The notes beneath the pieces were generated by a model. It made no database searches and had not been told where the DNA came from. It worked only from the letters and a program-made list of their open reading frames with translations. A stretch of 59,977 nt of DNA from a virus (Duplodnaviria; Caudoviricetes), in IMG/VR virus record IMGVR_UViG_3300047281_000067, positions 1 to 59,977 of that record, one strand, 5' to 3'. Positions 1 to 11,228 of the stretch are shown piece after piece. The position numbers were made by a program, and so were the translations under genes. The number at the start of each line of letters is the position of its first letter. The stretch's first letter is position 1.

Positions 1-153
1 GCTGGATCATCTAGAACTTAATCTTTCCATTTTGAAAGAGAACGCCCAAGAAGTTAACTTCTCGGACACAAAAGCGAAGAAACAATATAGTGATAATGTG
101 ATGTTTATGAAACAGTTTTTTGAACGTGCTGAATTTTTAGCACGATCCGGACA

Positions 154-363
154 ATGACAGTCAGTAATTATAACCACCATATATATGGTTGGTTAGAGAA
201 AATAGAAGCTAATATAGCTAAATTTAGAGATCAGGATGGCCCAACGCAGGATGAAAAAATTGAGTTTATAACTCATCAGTATCATTTGGTTATGTTGATT
301 TACAAAGCGTTAAACGGACAAGTAATATTTGTAGGTGCGAAACCTATAAATGAGCAATTATAA
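154..363 (+). CDS. hypothetical protein
   Basis: 69 aa ORF overlapping the stop of an upstream partial ORF; no recognisable motif. Confidence 0.55.
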   Translation: MTVSNYNHHIYGWLEKIEANIAKFRDQDGPTQDEKIEFITHQYHLVMLIYKALNGQVIFVGAKPINEQL

Positions 364-384
364 AAATAACAAGGAATTAAAAAC

Positions 385-3300
385 ATGGCAAATGACAATA
401 TTAGAGTTTTGGGCGGGTTGGAATTATCAAGCACATTAAGTTATGAGACTAACTACACCGATTTCCCCGCAGATCCAAAACCAAGAACATTGATCGTCAA
501 AGAAGGCATGGCGTATTTATATACTGAACTAGTAACTGGTTCAGGATATTTCACATGGACTCCGATTGGCTTAAAACAAACAGCTTATCTACATACACAA
601 GGTGTAGCAAGCACAACTTGGACAGTAACTCACAATTTTGGTACAACTGACTTTGGTTATTTCGTTTATGATAATAATCACCACTTGGTAGTTGCTAGCA
701 TTACTGTTATTGACAACAATCAAGTACAAATCAATTTAGCAGAAGCTATTACGGGTACAGCAGTATTCTTCTCGATTATTCACGTAAGCGCACCAAATGT
801 ATCAGCAGTTGATAGCATAACAGTCAATACTATGACTTTACGTGATGCTAGTGGCGTATTGACGGTGAATAATAACGCAGTAGCAATGGCTGAAGCTGTG
901 GCATCTAGTCTTGCTTTGATTTACACTAAAACGCAATCAGATAGTTTGTTGTCAGCGGCAGTTAGTGCTGAAGCAGATTTACGCTCAGCAGCAGATACGG
1001 CTCTTTCGGCTCGTATTGACGGTGTACTAAGTAACATTGACTCAGCAGCATTAGATTCATTATCTGAAATCGTAACAGCATTCCAAGCAGCCGACGGTAG
1101 CTTGAATGGTGCAATTACTGCTCTAGGTACAAGTTCATCAAGCGCATTAGCAACTGAAGTAACCAACCGTACATCAGCAGTTACCGCAGCTATTGCTACA
1201 GCGGCATCTGACGCAACAGCTAAGGTATTGACTGAAACAACTGCTCGTCAAAGTGCTGACGCAACTAATTCATCATCTATCACAACAGAATTCAATCGTG
1301 CCGTTGCTGCTGAATTAGTTCTAACTACGTCAGTTACTAATGAAGTAGCTGCCCGCGCGCTAGGTGATTCAAATACACTAGCTGATAGCAAAGCATATGC
1401 TGACAGCAAAGTTACTACAGAAGCAACTGCCCGTTCAGCAGCAGACACAGCAGCAATCTCAACTGCGGCATCTGACGCAACAGCTAAGGTACTTGTTGAA
1501 ACAACTCGTGCCACAGCAGCAGAAGGCATACTAACAACTGGTGCAGCAACTGAAGTTACTAACCGTACATCAGCAGTTACAGCAGCCATCGCTGCCGCTG
1601 CATCTGACGCAACGGCTAAAGTATTGACTGAAACTAATGCTCGTATCGCCGGTGATTCGGCTACACTAGTTACTGCTAAGGCATATGCTGATGGATTATC
1701 TTCATCAGGTGGAACAGCGTCAAATGCGTATGCTGATTCTATCATGGCAACTGAAGTTACTGCTCGCACTACTGCTGACACTGCCGAATACAATGCTCGT
1801 GTTGCTAGTGATGATACATTGCAAGGTCAAATCTTTGTAAATGCTACTGCTATTTCTACTGAAGCCACTACAAGAGCAACAGCAGTTACAGCAGCAATAG
1901 CTACTGCGGCATCTGACGCAACAGCTAAAGTTTTAACTGAAACAAACGCACGTATCGCAGCAGACACGGCAGCTATTGCTACAGCAGCAACAGCAGCAGA
2001 TGCTAAAGTATCAGCAGAAGCGACATTGCGCGCCGCAGCAGACACTGCGGCCATTGCTACAGCAGCAACGTATACGGACGGAGCAATCGTTCCAGCAGTT
2101 AAGACTTATCTAACTGCGGTTACTGGTGATATTATTCCAGCAGTAAACTTAGTTGGTAATTTGGGTAGTGTAACGCATCAGTTCCACTCATTATATGTTG
2201 GTCCAGGCACACTGTATGTTAACGGTAAGGCAGTTATTCAAGATAACAGCGATACAATGACATTCAGTACTGACGCTAATCAAAATATGCGTTTACAAAC
2301 TTCTGGATCTGGTCATCTGGAACTTCAAGCAGCTACTGGTACAATCGATATTAAAGGTACATTGAGCATTGAGTCAGGTAAACGTATTGTTGACAGCGCC
2401 GGCACCCAAGTTCAATTTGGTGATGACATACAATTAAACAATAATAAAGTCATTGGTCTTGCTACTCCTACTGCTAATACTGATGCTGCTACTAAAGCAT
2501 ATGTTGATGGATTAACAACCGGTGATACTACTTTAGTACGTACATCTGGTGCTCAATCAATCGCCGGTGTAAAAACTTTTGCTGACGGTATCGTAGTTTC
2601 AGGTAACTTAACAGTTAGCGGAACGATGACAACTATCAACAGTGAAACAATCAAACTAGCTGATAACTTAATTGATTTAAACAGTAATTTCACATCAGGT
2701 GCTCCTACTGAAAATGCTGGTATTCGTATTATGCGTGGCGACGAACCAGGTGCTCAGTTAAGATGGAATGAGTCTGTTGATAAATGGGAAACAAGTGCTG
2801 ATAGTGTTAACTTTTTGACAGTAGCATCTACTGCTGACGTTTCTGCTGAAGCTACCTTACGCACATCAGGTGATGCTACAACATTAGCAAGTGGTAAAAC
2901 ATATGCTGACTCAGGTGATGCTACAACATTAGCAAGTGGTAAATCATACGCAGACGCAGGCGATGCTACTGAAGCATCAGCCCGTAATCTTGCGATTGCT
3001 ACTAACTTAGTTACGGCTAAATCATACGCAGACGCCGGTGATGCTACAACATTAGCAAGTGGTAAAACATATGCTGACGGTATTGTTGCTACTGAAGCTA
3101 CTGCGCGTTCAACAGCAGTTACAGCAGCTATTGCTACTGCGGCATCAGACGCAACTGCTAAAGTACTTGTTGAAACAAACGCACGTATCGCAGCAGACAC
3201 AGCAGCTATTGCTACGGCGGCAACAGCAGCAGATGCTAAAGTACTAGTTGAAACAAATGCTCGCGTAACAGCAGTATCTGGTGCAATTACTACAGCAGCA

Positions 3301-3816
3301 TCTGACGCAACAGCTAAGGTTTTAACTGAAACAACTCGTGCTACTACTGCAGAAGGTACTTTAACTACTAATTTAGCAACTGAAGTAACCAATCGTACAT
3401 CAGCAGATACAGCAGCAATAGCCACAGCAGCAACTGCAGCAGACGCTAAAGTACTAGTTGAAACAAACGCACGTATTGCCGCAGACACAGCAGCTATCGC
3501 AACTGCAGCTACAGCAGCAGATGCCAAAGTACTTGTTGAAACAAACGCACGTATTGCCGCAGACACAGCAGCTATCGCAACTGCAGCTACAGCAGCAGAT
3601 GCCAAAGTACTTGTTGAAACAAACGCACGTATCGCAGCAGACAGTGCTGAAGTAACAGCACGTAATTCTGCTATTACTGCAGGTGTAGTTACAAGTGCAT
3701 CTAAGTTGACAACTGCTCGTACAATTAACGGTGTATCATTTGATGGTACAGCGAATATCACTGTAACAGCAAGTGCAGCTACATTGACCGGTACGATTGA
3801 CGGCGGTTCATATTAA
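385..3816 (+). CDS. long tail fibre / fibrous virion protein with Ala/Thr-rich coiled-coil repeats
   Basis: AAGGA RBS; N-terminal WTVTHNFG module; repeated KVLVETNARIAADTAAIATAATAADA; DAATKAYVD and ARTINGVSFDGTANI fibre motifs; C-terminal IDGGSY. Confidence 0.75.
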   Translation: MANDNIRVLGGLELSSTLSYETNYTDFPADPKPRTLIVKEGMAYLYTELVTGSGYFTWTPIGLKQTAYLHTQGVASTTWTVTHNFGTTDFGYFVYDNNHHLVVASITVIDNNQVQINLAEAITGTAVFFSIIHVSAPNVSAVDSITVNTMTLRDASGVLTVNNNAVAMAEAVASSLALIYTKTQSDSLLSAAVSAEADLRSAADTALSARIDGVLSNIDSAALDSLSEIVTAFQAADGSLNGAITALGTSSSSALATEVTNRTSAVTAAIATAASDATAKVLTETTARQSADATNSSSITTEFNRAVAAELVLTTSVTNEVAARALGDSNTLADSKAYADSKVTTEATARSAADTAAISTAASDATAKVLVETTRATAAEGILTTGAATEVTNRTSAVTAAIAAAASDATAKVLTETNARIAGDSATLVTAKAYADGLSSSGGTASNAYADSIMATEVTARTTADTAEYNARVASDDTLQGQIFVNATAISTEATTRATAVTAAIATAASDATAKVLTETNARIAADTAAIATAATAADAKVSAEATLRAAADTAAIATAATYTDGAIVPAVKTYLTAVTGDIIPAVNLVGNLGSVTHQFHSLYVGPGTLYVNGKAVIQDNSDTMTFSTDANQNMRLQTSGSGHLELQAATGTIDIKGTLSIESGKRIVDSAGTQVQFGDDIQLNNNKVIGLATPTANTDAATKAYVDGLTTGDTTLVRTSGAQSIAGVKTFADGIVVSGNLTVSGTMTTINSETIKLADNLIDLNSNFTSGAPTENAGIRIMRGDEPGAQLRWNESVDKWETSADSVNFLTVASTADVSAEATLRTSGDATTLASGKTYADSGDATTLASGKSYADAGDATEASARNLAIATNLVTAKSYADAGDATTLASGKTYADGIVATEATARSTAVTAAIATAASDATAKVLVETNARIAADTAAIATAATAADAKVLVETNARVTAVSGAITTAASDATAKVLTETTRATTAEGTLTTNLATEVTNRTSADTAAIATAATAADAKVLVETNARIAADTAAIATAATAADAKVLVETNARIAADTAAIATAATAADAKVLVETNARIAADSAEVTARNSAITAGVVTSASKLTTARTINGVSFDGTANITVTASAATLTGTIDGGSY
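3152..3650 (+). repeat. 78-nt (26 aa) intragenic tandem repeats, also present in the next gene (~4145-4270)
   Basis: near-identical units gctaaagtacttgttgaaacaaacgcacgtatcgcagcagacacagcagct... Confidence 0.85.
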
Positions 3817-3919
3817 TAGTAAGAAGTAGTATAAGTGGGCTTTGGCCCACTTATTAAATACTATGCGGTGTACATATATCGCACGGTAAAAATAACAATA
3901 AAAACAGGAATATTCCAAA

Positions 3920-6790
3920 ATGACAAATCCAATTCTAATTAAGCGTTCAGCAGTCGCAGCAAAAGCACCAGCAACTACTGACTTATCATTAGGCGAGTTA
4001 GCTATCAACACAGTTGATGGTAAACTATTTTTAAAGAAAAATGTAACTGGCACTGAAACAATCGTTGAAGTCGGTTCAGCAGTATCAACTGCACAAGCAG
4101 CAGCAGACACCGCAATAGGGACAGCCGCAGCGTCAGATGCAACTGCTAAGGTTCTAGTTGAAACAAACGCACGTATCGCAGCAGATACAGCAGCTATTGC
4201 TACAGCAGCAACAGCAGCAGATGCTAAAGTATTAGTTGAAACAAACGCACGTATCGCAGCAGATACAGCAGCATTAGCTACCGCAGCCGCAGACGCAACT
4301 ACTAAAGCAAATGCAGCTCAAGCAGCCGCTATTGCCGCAGTTACAAACGGTGCTGGTGCAGCCTTTGACACATTGAAAGAAATTCAAGATGCAATGGCAA
4401 CTGATACTGAATTATCAGCCGCTATTGCTGCTATTTCTAACGTGCCAAGCGCAACTAAGCTACAGACTTCTCGTACAATTCAAGGTGTAGCTTTTGACGG
4501 TACTGCCCCAATTACTGTTGCGACTGCTGGTACTGGTATTACTGTAACTGGCACCTTAATTGCCACGACGATAACTCAGTATACTGACGTACTAGCAACA
4601 ACAGCCGCAAAAGCAGCTATCACAGCAACGGGTCCGGTCGTTGCGACAGCAGGTGTTATCTCAATGCCAGCAGCAACTACTTCTGTGGCTGGTCACTTGA
4701 CAGCAGCAGATTGGACAACATTCAACGGTAAGCAAGCAGCATTGGGCTTTACTCCGTACAACGCTACTAATCCAAGTGCGTATGTTACAGCAGCAGTTAC
4801 ATTGACTACTGCTGCTCAGACAGCTATTACTTCAGTTGGTACATTGACTTCATTGGCAGTAACTGGTAACGTAAGTGCAGGTAATGTCTCAGCAACAACT
4901 TTCACTGGTGCTTTAACTGGTCTTGCCTCAAGTGCAACAGTAGCGGCTTCAGCAAATGCGGTAGCAGGCGCTAATGTAAGCGGTCAAGTAGCAAACGCAT
5001 TAGTTGCGGGTACTGTTTACACAGCAGCACAACCAGCAATCACTTCTGTTGGTACATTGACTTCATTAGCAGTAACTGGTAACATCTCAGGTGCTAATCT
5101 AACTGGTACTCATTATGGCGCAGCTACTGGATTGACTTCAATCCCGGGTGCTAATGTAACTGGTACTGTGCCACTTGCTACAAGCGCAGTTAACATCAGT
5201 GGTACTTACGCAGGGTCAATTACTTCTGCTCAAGTTACAACTGGGTTAGGTTTTACTCCGTACAATGCAACTAATCCAATTGGATACACTACTAACTTAG
5301 GTACAGCAACATCAGTTGGTGGCACTGGAACTGTTAGTGGATTGACTCTAACTGGAACTGTTACTACTTCAGGTAACTTGACTCTTGGTGGTACGTTAGC
5401 AGTTACTCCTACTAACTTTGCGTCACAGACTGCTACCACTGTTTTAGCATCACCTACTAATGCAGCAGGTGTACCTTCATTCAGAGTACTATCTTTAGAA
5501 GATATACCAGACGCTTGGGTTAAGAAATCTGTAGTTGCAGCGACTACTGCCAACATTACGCTTTCAGCACCTCAAACTATTGACGGTATTGCTTTAGTTG
5601 CCGGTAATCGTGTTTTGGTTAAAAATCAAACCCTTCCAGCAACCAATGGTATATATGTAGTGACAGCAGCCGCGTGGACCAGAGCATTAGACGCAGACAC
5701 TATCAGTGAGATTGCAGGTGCTCACGTAAACGTCGATAGCGGAACCGTTAACGGTGGATTATCGTTTGATACCGATGCTAAAACTACTGATACGCTTGGT
5801 ACTTCGGCAATTACGTGGAATAGAAACATTGATGATGGATATACAATACCAGTAACACAAGGTGGTACCGGTGCGATAACAGCCGCGGCAGCTTTAACAG
5901 CTCTTGGCGCTTATGCGGCAACTAATCCAAGTTCATATGTTACGGCAGCAGTTACATTGACTACAGCAGCACAAACAGCAATCACTTCAGTTGGTACACT
6001 AACAAGTTTAGCAACCTCAGGTGATGTAACAGTTGGTGGTAACTTGACTGTAAGTGGTACAACTACTACTATCAATTCAACTACTGTTACTACTAATGAT
6101 CTCAATCTAGTACTTGCTAACAATGCTGCTACAGCAGTAGCAGCTAACGGTGCTGGTTTAACAGTCAACGGTGCTCTAGCATCTTTCACTTATACTAATG
6201 CTGATGATCGTTGGAATTTGAATAAGAATTTGAATGTAACTACTGTATACGGAAATGTAAGTGGAACAGCGGCTACTATCACTGGTACTTACGCAGGTTC
6301 AATTACTTCTGCTCAAGTTACAACTGGGTTAGGTTTTACTCCGTACAACGCAACTAACCCAAGTGCGTATGTTACAGCAGCAGTTACTTTAACAACTGCG
6401 GCTCAAACAGCAATCACTTCAGTTGGTACATTGACTTCATTAGCAGTAACAGGTAACATCTCATCAGGTACTTACCTGATTGCTGGTGTGGCAACTGCTT
6501 TGACGGCAGCAGGTACAACACAGGCAACTGCGTTAGTATTAGCTAAAGCGATAAATGTTGTAGCTACTGTCGGAGCTAGTTCTGGTGTTGTGTTCCCAAC
6601 ACCAGTAGCCGGCACACGTATTATAGTTATCAATACTTCCGCAACTGCATTAAACGTGTATCCAGCAGTTGGTGGCACGGTCAATTTGTTAGCGGCTAAC
6701 GCAGCATTTGTAATGCCAGCAGCAGGCAAACTTGAGTTTGTTGCTGTTAGTGCGACACAATGGTATACATTGAATGCTACTTTTGCTTAA
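3920..6790 (+). CDS. tail fibre protein
   Basis: N-terminal IKRS...GELAINTVDGKLF fibre-attachment motif; LSAPQTIDGIALVAGNRVLVKNQT...NGIY domain; repeated ITSVGTLTSLAV and LGFTPYNATNP fibre motifs. Confidence 0.8.
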   Translation: MTNPILIKRSAVAAKAPATTDLSLGELAINTVDGKLFLKKNVTGTETIVEVGSAVSTAQAAADTAIGTAAASDATAKVLVETNARIAADTAAIATAATAADAKVLVETNARIAADTAALATAAADATTKANAAQAAAIAAVTNGAGAAFDTLKEIQDAMATDTELSAAIAAISNVPSATKLQTSRTIQGVAFDGTAPITVATAGTGITVTGTLIATTITQYTDVLATTAAKAAITATGPVVATAGVISMPAATTSVAGHLTAADWTTFNGKQAALGFTPYNATNPSAYVTAAVTLTTAAQTAITSVGTLTSLAVTGNVSAGNVSATTFTGALTGLASSATVAASANAVAGANVSGQVANALVAGTVYTAAQPAITSVGTLTSLAVTGNISGANLTGTHYGAATGLTSIPGANVTGTVPLATSAVNISGTYAGSITSAQVTTGLGFTPYNATNPIGYTTNLGTATSVGGTGTVSGLTLTGTVTTSGNLTLGGTLAVTPTNFASQTATTVLASPTNAAGVPSFRVLSLEDIPDAWVKKSVVAATTANITLSAPQTIDGIALVAGNRVLVKNQTLPATNGIYVVTAAAWTRALDADTISEIAGAHVNVDSGTVNGGLSFDTDAKTTDTLGTSAITWNRNIDDGYTIPVTQGGTGAITAAAALTALGAYAATNPSSYVTAAVTLTTAAQTAITSVGTLTSLATSGDVTVGGNLTVSGTTTTINSTTVTTNDLNLVLANNAATAVAANGAGLTVNGALASFTYTNADDRWNLNKNLNVTTVYGNVSGTAATITGTYAGSITSAQVTTGLGFTPYNATNPSAYVTAAVTLTTAAQTAITSVGTLTSLAVTGNISSGTYLIAGVATALTAAGTTQATALVLAKAINVVATVGASSGVVFPTPVAGTRIIVINTSATALNVYPAVGGTVNLLAANAAFVMPAAGKLEFVAVSATQWYTLNATFA

Positions 6791-6892
6791 TAAGTAGTTA
6801 AAATACACTATATCGCTATAGTGTACATAAAGTTATACACCGGAAACGGTGTATAACCATTTGTATCCAGGTAACCGGTGATAAGTAAGAGT

Positions 6893-7312
6893 ATGAAGAA
6901 AATTCTTATCATGGGTTTACCTGGTTCGGGAAAAACTACATTAGCACAGCACCTTGTTGATAAATTGCGTGATTCAGGTAAAACAGTTACTTGGCTCAAC
7001 GCTGATGATATCAGAGCACACTTTAATGACTGGGACTTCAGTACAGAAGGACGAATACGACAGAGTAAACGAATGCGTGAACTAGCTGATGCCAGTGACA
7101 ATGATTATGCTCTGTGTGATTTCGTTGCCCCGCTTGTTGAAATGAGAGATAATTTTAATGCTGATTATACTATATGGGTAGATACTATCAGTGAAGGTAG
7201 ATTTGCTGATACTAATAAAGTTTTTGTCCCTCCTGTGAAGTATGATTTTCGTGTAACTGAGCAAGATGCTGAGAAATTGTCATCATTGATAATTCTGGAG
7301 ATTTTGCGGTAG
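6893..7312 (+). CDS. adenylyl-sulfate kinase-like P-loop kinase
   Basis: GLPGSGKTT Walker A, WLNADDIR, DWDFSTEGRIRQ typical of phage CysC-like proteins. Confidence 0.75.
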   Translation: MKKILIMGLPGSGKTTLAQHLVDKLRDSGKTVTWLNADDIRAHFNDWDFSTEGRIRQSKRMRELADASDNDYALCDFVAPLVEMRDNFNADYTIWVDTISEGRFADTNKVFVPPVKYDFRVTEQDAEKLSSLIILEILR

Positions 7313-7341
7313 ACTCCTAACTGATGATAAGTAATAGTTCA

Positions 7342-7782
7342 ATGATTAATGTATTTCAATTAAACTACGAACCCAGACTTAAAGACTGGTACGATTTACG
7401 CAGTGAACTATCTGATAAAGATACCCAAACAAAGTGCGTTGAAGTGGATAAATGGTGGCAACAAGCCCCAATGGTAAATCATTATTTACACCCATTAGAT
7501 ACTAAAAGCTGGCCTGGTCCATGGGAACTTTTGGTAGAAAATAACTACTGTAATCTAGCCAGAGGCCTGGGAATGTACTATACACTGGCGTTATTGGGCA
7601 TAGAGTCTATTGACTTTCTACTCGGAAAAGACGATAATGATGAAGAAGTGGCATTAGTCGTGGTCGACCGCGCAAAGTATGTACTTAATTACTGGCCCGA
7701 TTCGGTAATAAGTACTTCTCTCACAGATTTTAAAATTACTAATCAAATAGATTTAACGCAGGTTATCAAAAAAATAAAATGA
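7342..7782 (+). CDS. conserved phage hypothetical protein
   Basis: ORF overlapping the nrdA start; WPGPWEL motif. Confidence 0.7.
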   Translation: MINVFQLNYEPRLKDWYDLRSELSDKDTQTKCVEVDKWWQQAPMVNHYLHPLDTKSWPGPWELLVENNYCNLARGLGMYYTLALLGIESIDFLLGKDDNDEEVALVVVDRAKYVLNYWPDSVISTSLTDFKITNQIDLTQVIKKIK

Positions 7783-10100
7783 AAATATACGTTGTTAAAC
7801 GCAGTGGAAACAAAGAGTTACTAACTATTGAAAAATGGCAGACCCAAATCGCAAAAGTATGCGGTGGAATAGCTGATGTCAGCCAGAGCATGATTGAAAT
7901 CAAAGCTCAGCCTCACTTTTATGATGGCATCACAACACGCGAAATTGATGAAATAACTCTACGCGCCATTGTTGATTTAATTGATATGGAATCTAATCCT
8001 GATGTAGGTCATACTAATTATCAATATGTAGCGGGTCGCCAGCGTTTATCAATGTTGCGCAAGGACGTATATGGCGATTACGATGTTCCTCGTTTGTATG
8101 ACATTGTAAAAAAGAATATCGCAATCGGTCTATACACTCCTGAGCTACTTGAATGGTATACAGAAGCAGACTGGGATAAAATGGATGGTATGCTTGACCA
8201 TTCCAAAGATGAACAGTACGGTTTTGCTGCTATTGAACAACTAATTGAAAAGTATCTTGTACGCAACCGCGCAACTAAACAAACATATGAGACTCCTCAG
8301 ATTCGTTACATGGTTGCCGCTGCTACTGTCTTTCATAAAGAAGAACCTGCTGCTGCTCGTATGCGCTACATTAAGGAGTATTACAATTGTGCGTCTGATG
8401 GCTTATTTACTCTTGCTACCCCTGTGCTTGCGGGGCTTGGTACACCTACTAAACAGTTTAGCTCATGCGTTCTAATCAAAGCTGACGATAATCTAGATTC
8501 AATATTCGCATCTGGTGAAATGATGGCTAAGTATGCCAGTAAACGCGCCGGCATTGGTCTTGATATTGGTCGTTTGCGCCCACTTGGTGCTGCTATTCGC
8601 GGTGGCGAAATTATGCATACTGGCATGGTGCCCTTTCTGAAAAAATGGTTTGGTGATCTGCGCTCTTGCTCACAGGGTGGCATTCGTAATGCCTCTGCGA
8701 CAGTATTCTATCCTATCTGGCATTATCAATTTGATGATCTTATTGTATTGAAGAATAATCAAGGTACAGAAGAAACTCGTGTCCGTCACATGGACTACGG
8801 TGTTGTGCTATCTGCTTTCTTCTGGAGACGCTTTAAGAATAAAGAACAAATTACATTCTTTGATCCCAATGAAGTGCCTGATCTGTATGAAGCATTCTAT
8901 AGCAACACAACAAAATTTGAAGAATTGTATGTTGCTTATGAACAGCGTACTGACCTGCGTAAGAAGACAATGAGTGCTGAGGAAGTATTCAAGTCTGGAA
9001 TTCTTAAAGAACGCACTGACACTGGTCGGATCTATCTAGTATTCATTGACAACGTGATGAAGCAAGGCCCGTTCGATCCTGAGTATCATACAATTTACCA
9101 GAGTAACCTATGCTGTGAAATACTTTTACCTACTAAGTCCTTTAAACGTCTGGATGACAGCGATGGTCGTATCGCACTATGCACACTGGGCTCAATCAAT
9201 TGGGGCGCGTTCCGTAACCCAGAAGACATGCGCCGTGCTTGCCGTATACTGCAGCGTAGCCTCAACAACATTCTTGACTATCAAGACTTTCTTTCCATCC
9301 AGTCTAAGCTGAGTAATGATGAAATTCGCCCATTAGGAATCGGTATTACTAATCTTGCCTACTGGCACGCCAAGCGTAGTCTGATGTATGGTGAGAAAGA
9401 TGCGCTTGCTGAAGTCAAGACCTGGATGGAACATCAGGCATTCTATCTTACTGAAGCAACAGTTGAGCTTGCTAAAGAGCGCGGCGCTTGTTTGGATAGT
9501 GCTAAGACACGTTACGGTCAGGGAATCTTTCCTTGGGAACTACGTGCCACTGGCGTTAATGAACTAACTGACTTCACTCCTGACGAAGCTCTTGACTGGG
9601 AAACTCTTCGTGGTAATATGAAACAATACGGTGTGCGTAATGCTACACTGATTGCCATTGCCCCAGTAGAGTCAAGTTCAGTTGTTATCAACAGTACTAA
9701 CGGTATTGAAATGCCAATGAGTTTGATTTCAGTTAAAGAATCTAAAGCAGGCTCACTTACTCAAGTTGTACCTGAGTATCACAAACTGAAATCAAAATAC
9801 CAGCTGATGTGGGAACAAAAAGATTGCGATGGCTATTTGAAAACAGCAGCAGTATTAGCTGCGTATGTGGATCAAAGTATTTCCACTAACACATTCTACA
9901 ATCCTGCTCATTTTGAAGGTCGTAAAGTTCCTACTACTCTAATTGCTAAGAATTTGATGCAATCTCATCAGTGGGGCCTTAAAACGTTCTACTACTCATT
10001 AATTAATAAACAAGGCTCAAAAGCAGTAGATGAAGTAGCTGCTCCTTTAGAAGTAATCGACTTCGATGACGAAGAAGGTTGCGAATCCTGTAAACTCTAA
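7779..10100 (+). CDS. nrdA: class Ia ribonucleotide reductase alpha subunit
   Basis: N-terminal ATP cone (VVKRSG), QFSSC, SNLCCEI, APVESSS, KTFYY, C-terminal CESCKL. Confidence 0.97.
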   Translation: MKIYVVKRSGNKELLTIEKWQTQIAKVCGGIADVSQSMIEIKAQPHFYDGITTREIDEITLRAIVDLIDMESNPDVGHTNYQYVAGRQRLSMLRKDVYGDYDVPRLYDIVKKNIAIGLYTPELLEWYTEADWDKMDGMLDHSKDEQYGFAAIEQLIEKYLVRNRATKQTYETPQIRYMVAAATVFHKEEPAAARMRYIKEYYNCASDGLFTLATPVLAGLGTPTKQFSSCVLIKADDNLDSIFASGEMMAKYASKRAGIGLDIGRLRPLGAAIRGGEIMHTGMVPFLKKWFGDLRSCSQGGIRNASATVFYPIWHYQFDDLIVLKNNQGTEETRVRHMDYGVVLSAFFWRRFKNKEQITFFDPNEVPDLYEAFYSNTTKFEELYVAYEQRTDLRKKTMSAEEVFKSGILKERTDTGRIYLVFIDNVMKQGPFDPEYHTIYQSNLCCEILLPTKSFKRLDDSDGRIALCTLGSINWGAFRNPEDMRRACRILQRSLNNILDYQDFLSIQSKLSNDEIRPLGIGITNLAYWHAKRSLMYGEKDALAEVKTWMEHQAFYLTEATVELAKERGACLDSAKTRYGQGIFPWELRATGVNELTDFTPDEALDWETLRGNMKQYGVRNATLIAIAPVESSSVVINSTNGIEMPMSLISVKESKAGSLTQVVPEYHKLKSKYQLMWEQKDCDGYLKTAAVLAAYVDQSISTNTFYNPAHFEGRKVPTTLIAKNLMQSHQWGLKTFYYSLINKQGSKAVDEVAAPLEVIDFDDEEGCESCKL

Positions 10101-10109
10101 TCTTAAAAT

Positions 10110-11210
10110 ATGTCAATCGAACAATACAACCTAAACACCAAGACCGACTATCTAAATCGCAAGATGTTTCTTGACCCAGCCGGTCCAGTCACCATCCAGC
10201 GATTTGAAGAAGTAAAATACAAAAAGATTGCTGACTTTGAAGAAACTGCCCGCGGGTTCTTTTGGCAACCAGAGGAAATTAGTCTGACTAAAGATGCTGG
10301 TGACTTTAAAGATGCTAGTGATGCAGTCAAGCATATCTTTACCAGCAATCTACTACGACAAACTGCGTTAGATAGTTTACAAGGCCGCGCCCCTAGTCAG
10401 GTGTTTATGCCTGTCGTAAGTCTTCCGGAGCTGGAAGCATTGATTTATAACTGGACCTTCTTTGAAACTAATATTCATAGTAAGTCATATAGTCACATCA
10501 TCCGTAATATCTACAATGTCCCTAAAGATGTGTTCAACACCATCCATGACACACAACAGATTATTGATATGGCTAGCTCAGTTGGTAATTACTATGAAGC
10601 ATTACATGTCATTAACTGTAAAAAACAACTTGGTGAAGTTATCGTAGAAAAAGAACATATTAAAGCAATCTGGATGGCGCTTCACGCAAGTTATGCGCTT
10701 GAAGCATTCCGTTTCATGGTATCATTCGCAACATCACTTGCCATGGTAGAGAATCGTATCTTCATGGGTAATGGCAATATCATCAGCCTGATTCTACAAG
10801 ATGAACTATTACACAAGGGCTGGACAGCTTATCTTATCAATCAAGTAGTTAAAGAGGATAGTCGTTTTGCTGCTATCAAAGCAGAATGCGAAGATGAAGT
10901 ATACGCCTTGTATATGGATGTTATACGCGAAGAAAAGGGATGGGCTGATTACTTGTTTAAAATGGGACCTGTTATTGGTCTGAATGCTAATATTCTTAAA
11001 GACTTTGTTGACTTTACTGCTGTTGGTGCTCTGAAAGAAATTGGGATTAAGTATCAAAGTACTGCCCCAAAAACTACTCCTATTCCCTGGTTTAACAAAC
11101 ATGTCAATACTAGCAACAAGCAAACAGCATTACAAGAATCGGAAAGCACAAATTACGTAATAGGAATAATGTCCGAAAACATTGACTATGACGCACTTCC
11201 CGTGTTATAA
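10110..11210 (+). CDS. nrdB: ribonucleotide reductase beta subunit
   Basis: FFWQPEEI, LDSLQGR, ETNIHSKSY, EAFRF, DELLH diiron motifs; adjacent to nrdA. Confidence 0.97.
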   Translation: MSIEQYNLNTKTDYLNRKMFLDPAGPVTIQRFEEVKYKKIADFEETARGFFWQPEEISLTKDAGDFKDASDAVKHIFTSNLLRQTALDSLQGRAPSQVFMPVVSLPELEALIYNWTFFETNIHSKSYSHIIRNIYNVPKDVFNTIHDTQQIIDMASSVGNYYEALHVINCKKQLGEVIVEKEHIKAIWMALHASYALEAFRFMVSFATSLAMVENRIFMGNGNIISLILQDELLHKGWTAYLINQVVKEDSRFAAIKAECEDEVYALYMDVIREEKGWADYLFKMGPVIGLNANILKDFVDFTAVGALKEIGIKYQSTAPKTTPIPWFNKHVNTSNKQTALQESESTNYVIGIMSENIDYDALPVL

Positions 11211-11228
11211 TAATTTAAGGAGAATAAA

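Noticed and set aside
921-6729. Long minus-strand ORFs within the fibre genes
   Set aside because: Antisense shadows of GCN/ACN-rich repeats without RBS
385-6790. Diversity-generating retroelement acting on the fibres
   Set aside because: Repeat differences are synonymous rather than adenine-specific, and there is no reverse transcriptase in the window
7779-11210. Introns or inteins in nrdA/nrdB
   Set aside because: Both ORFs are continuous and of normal length
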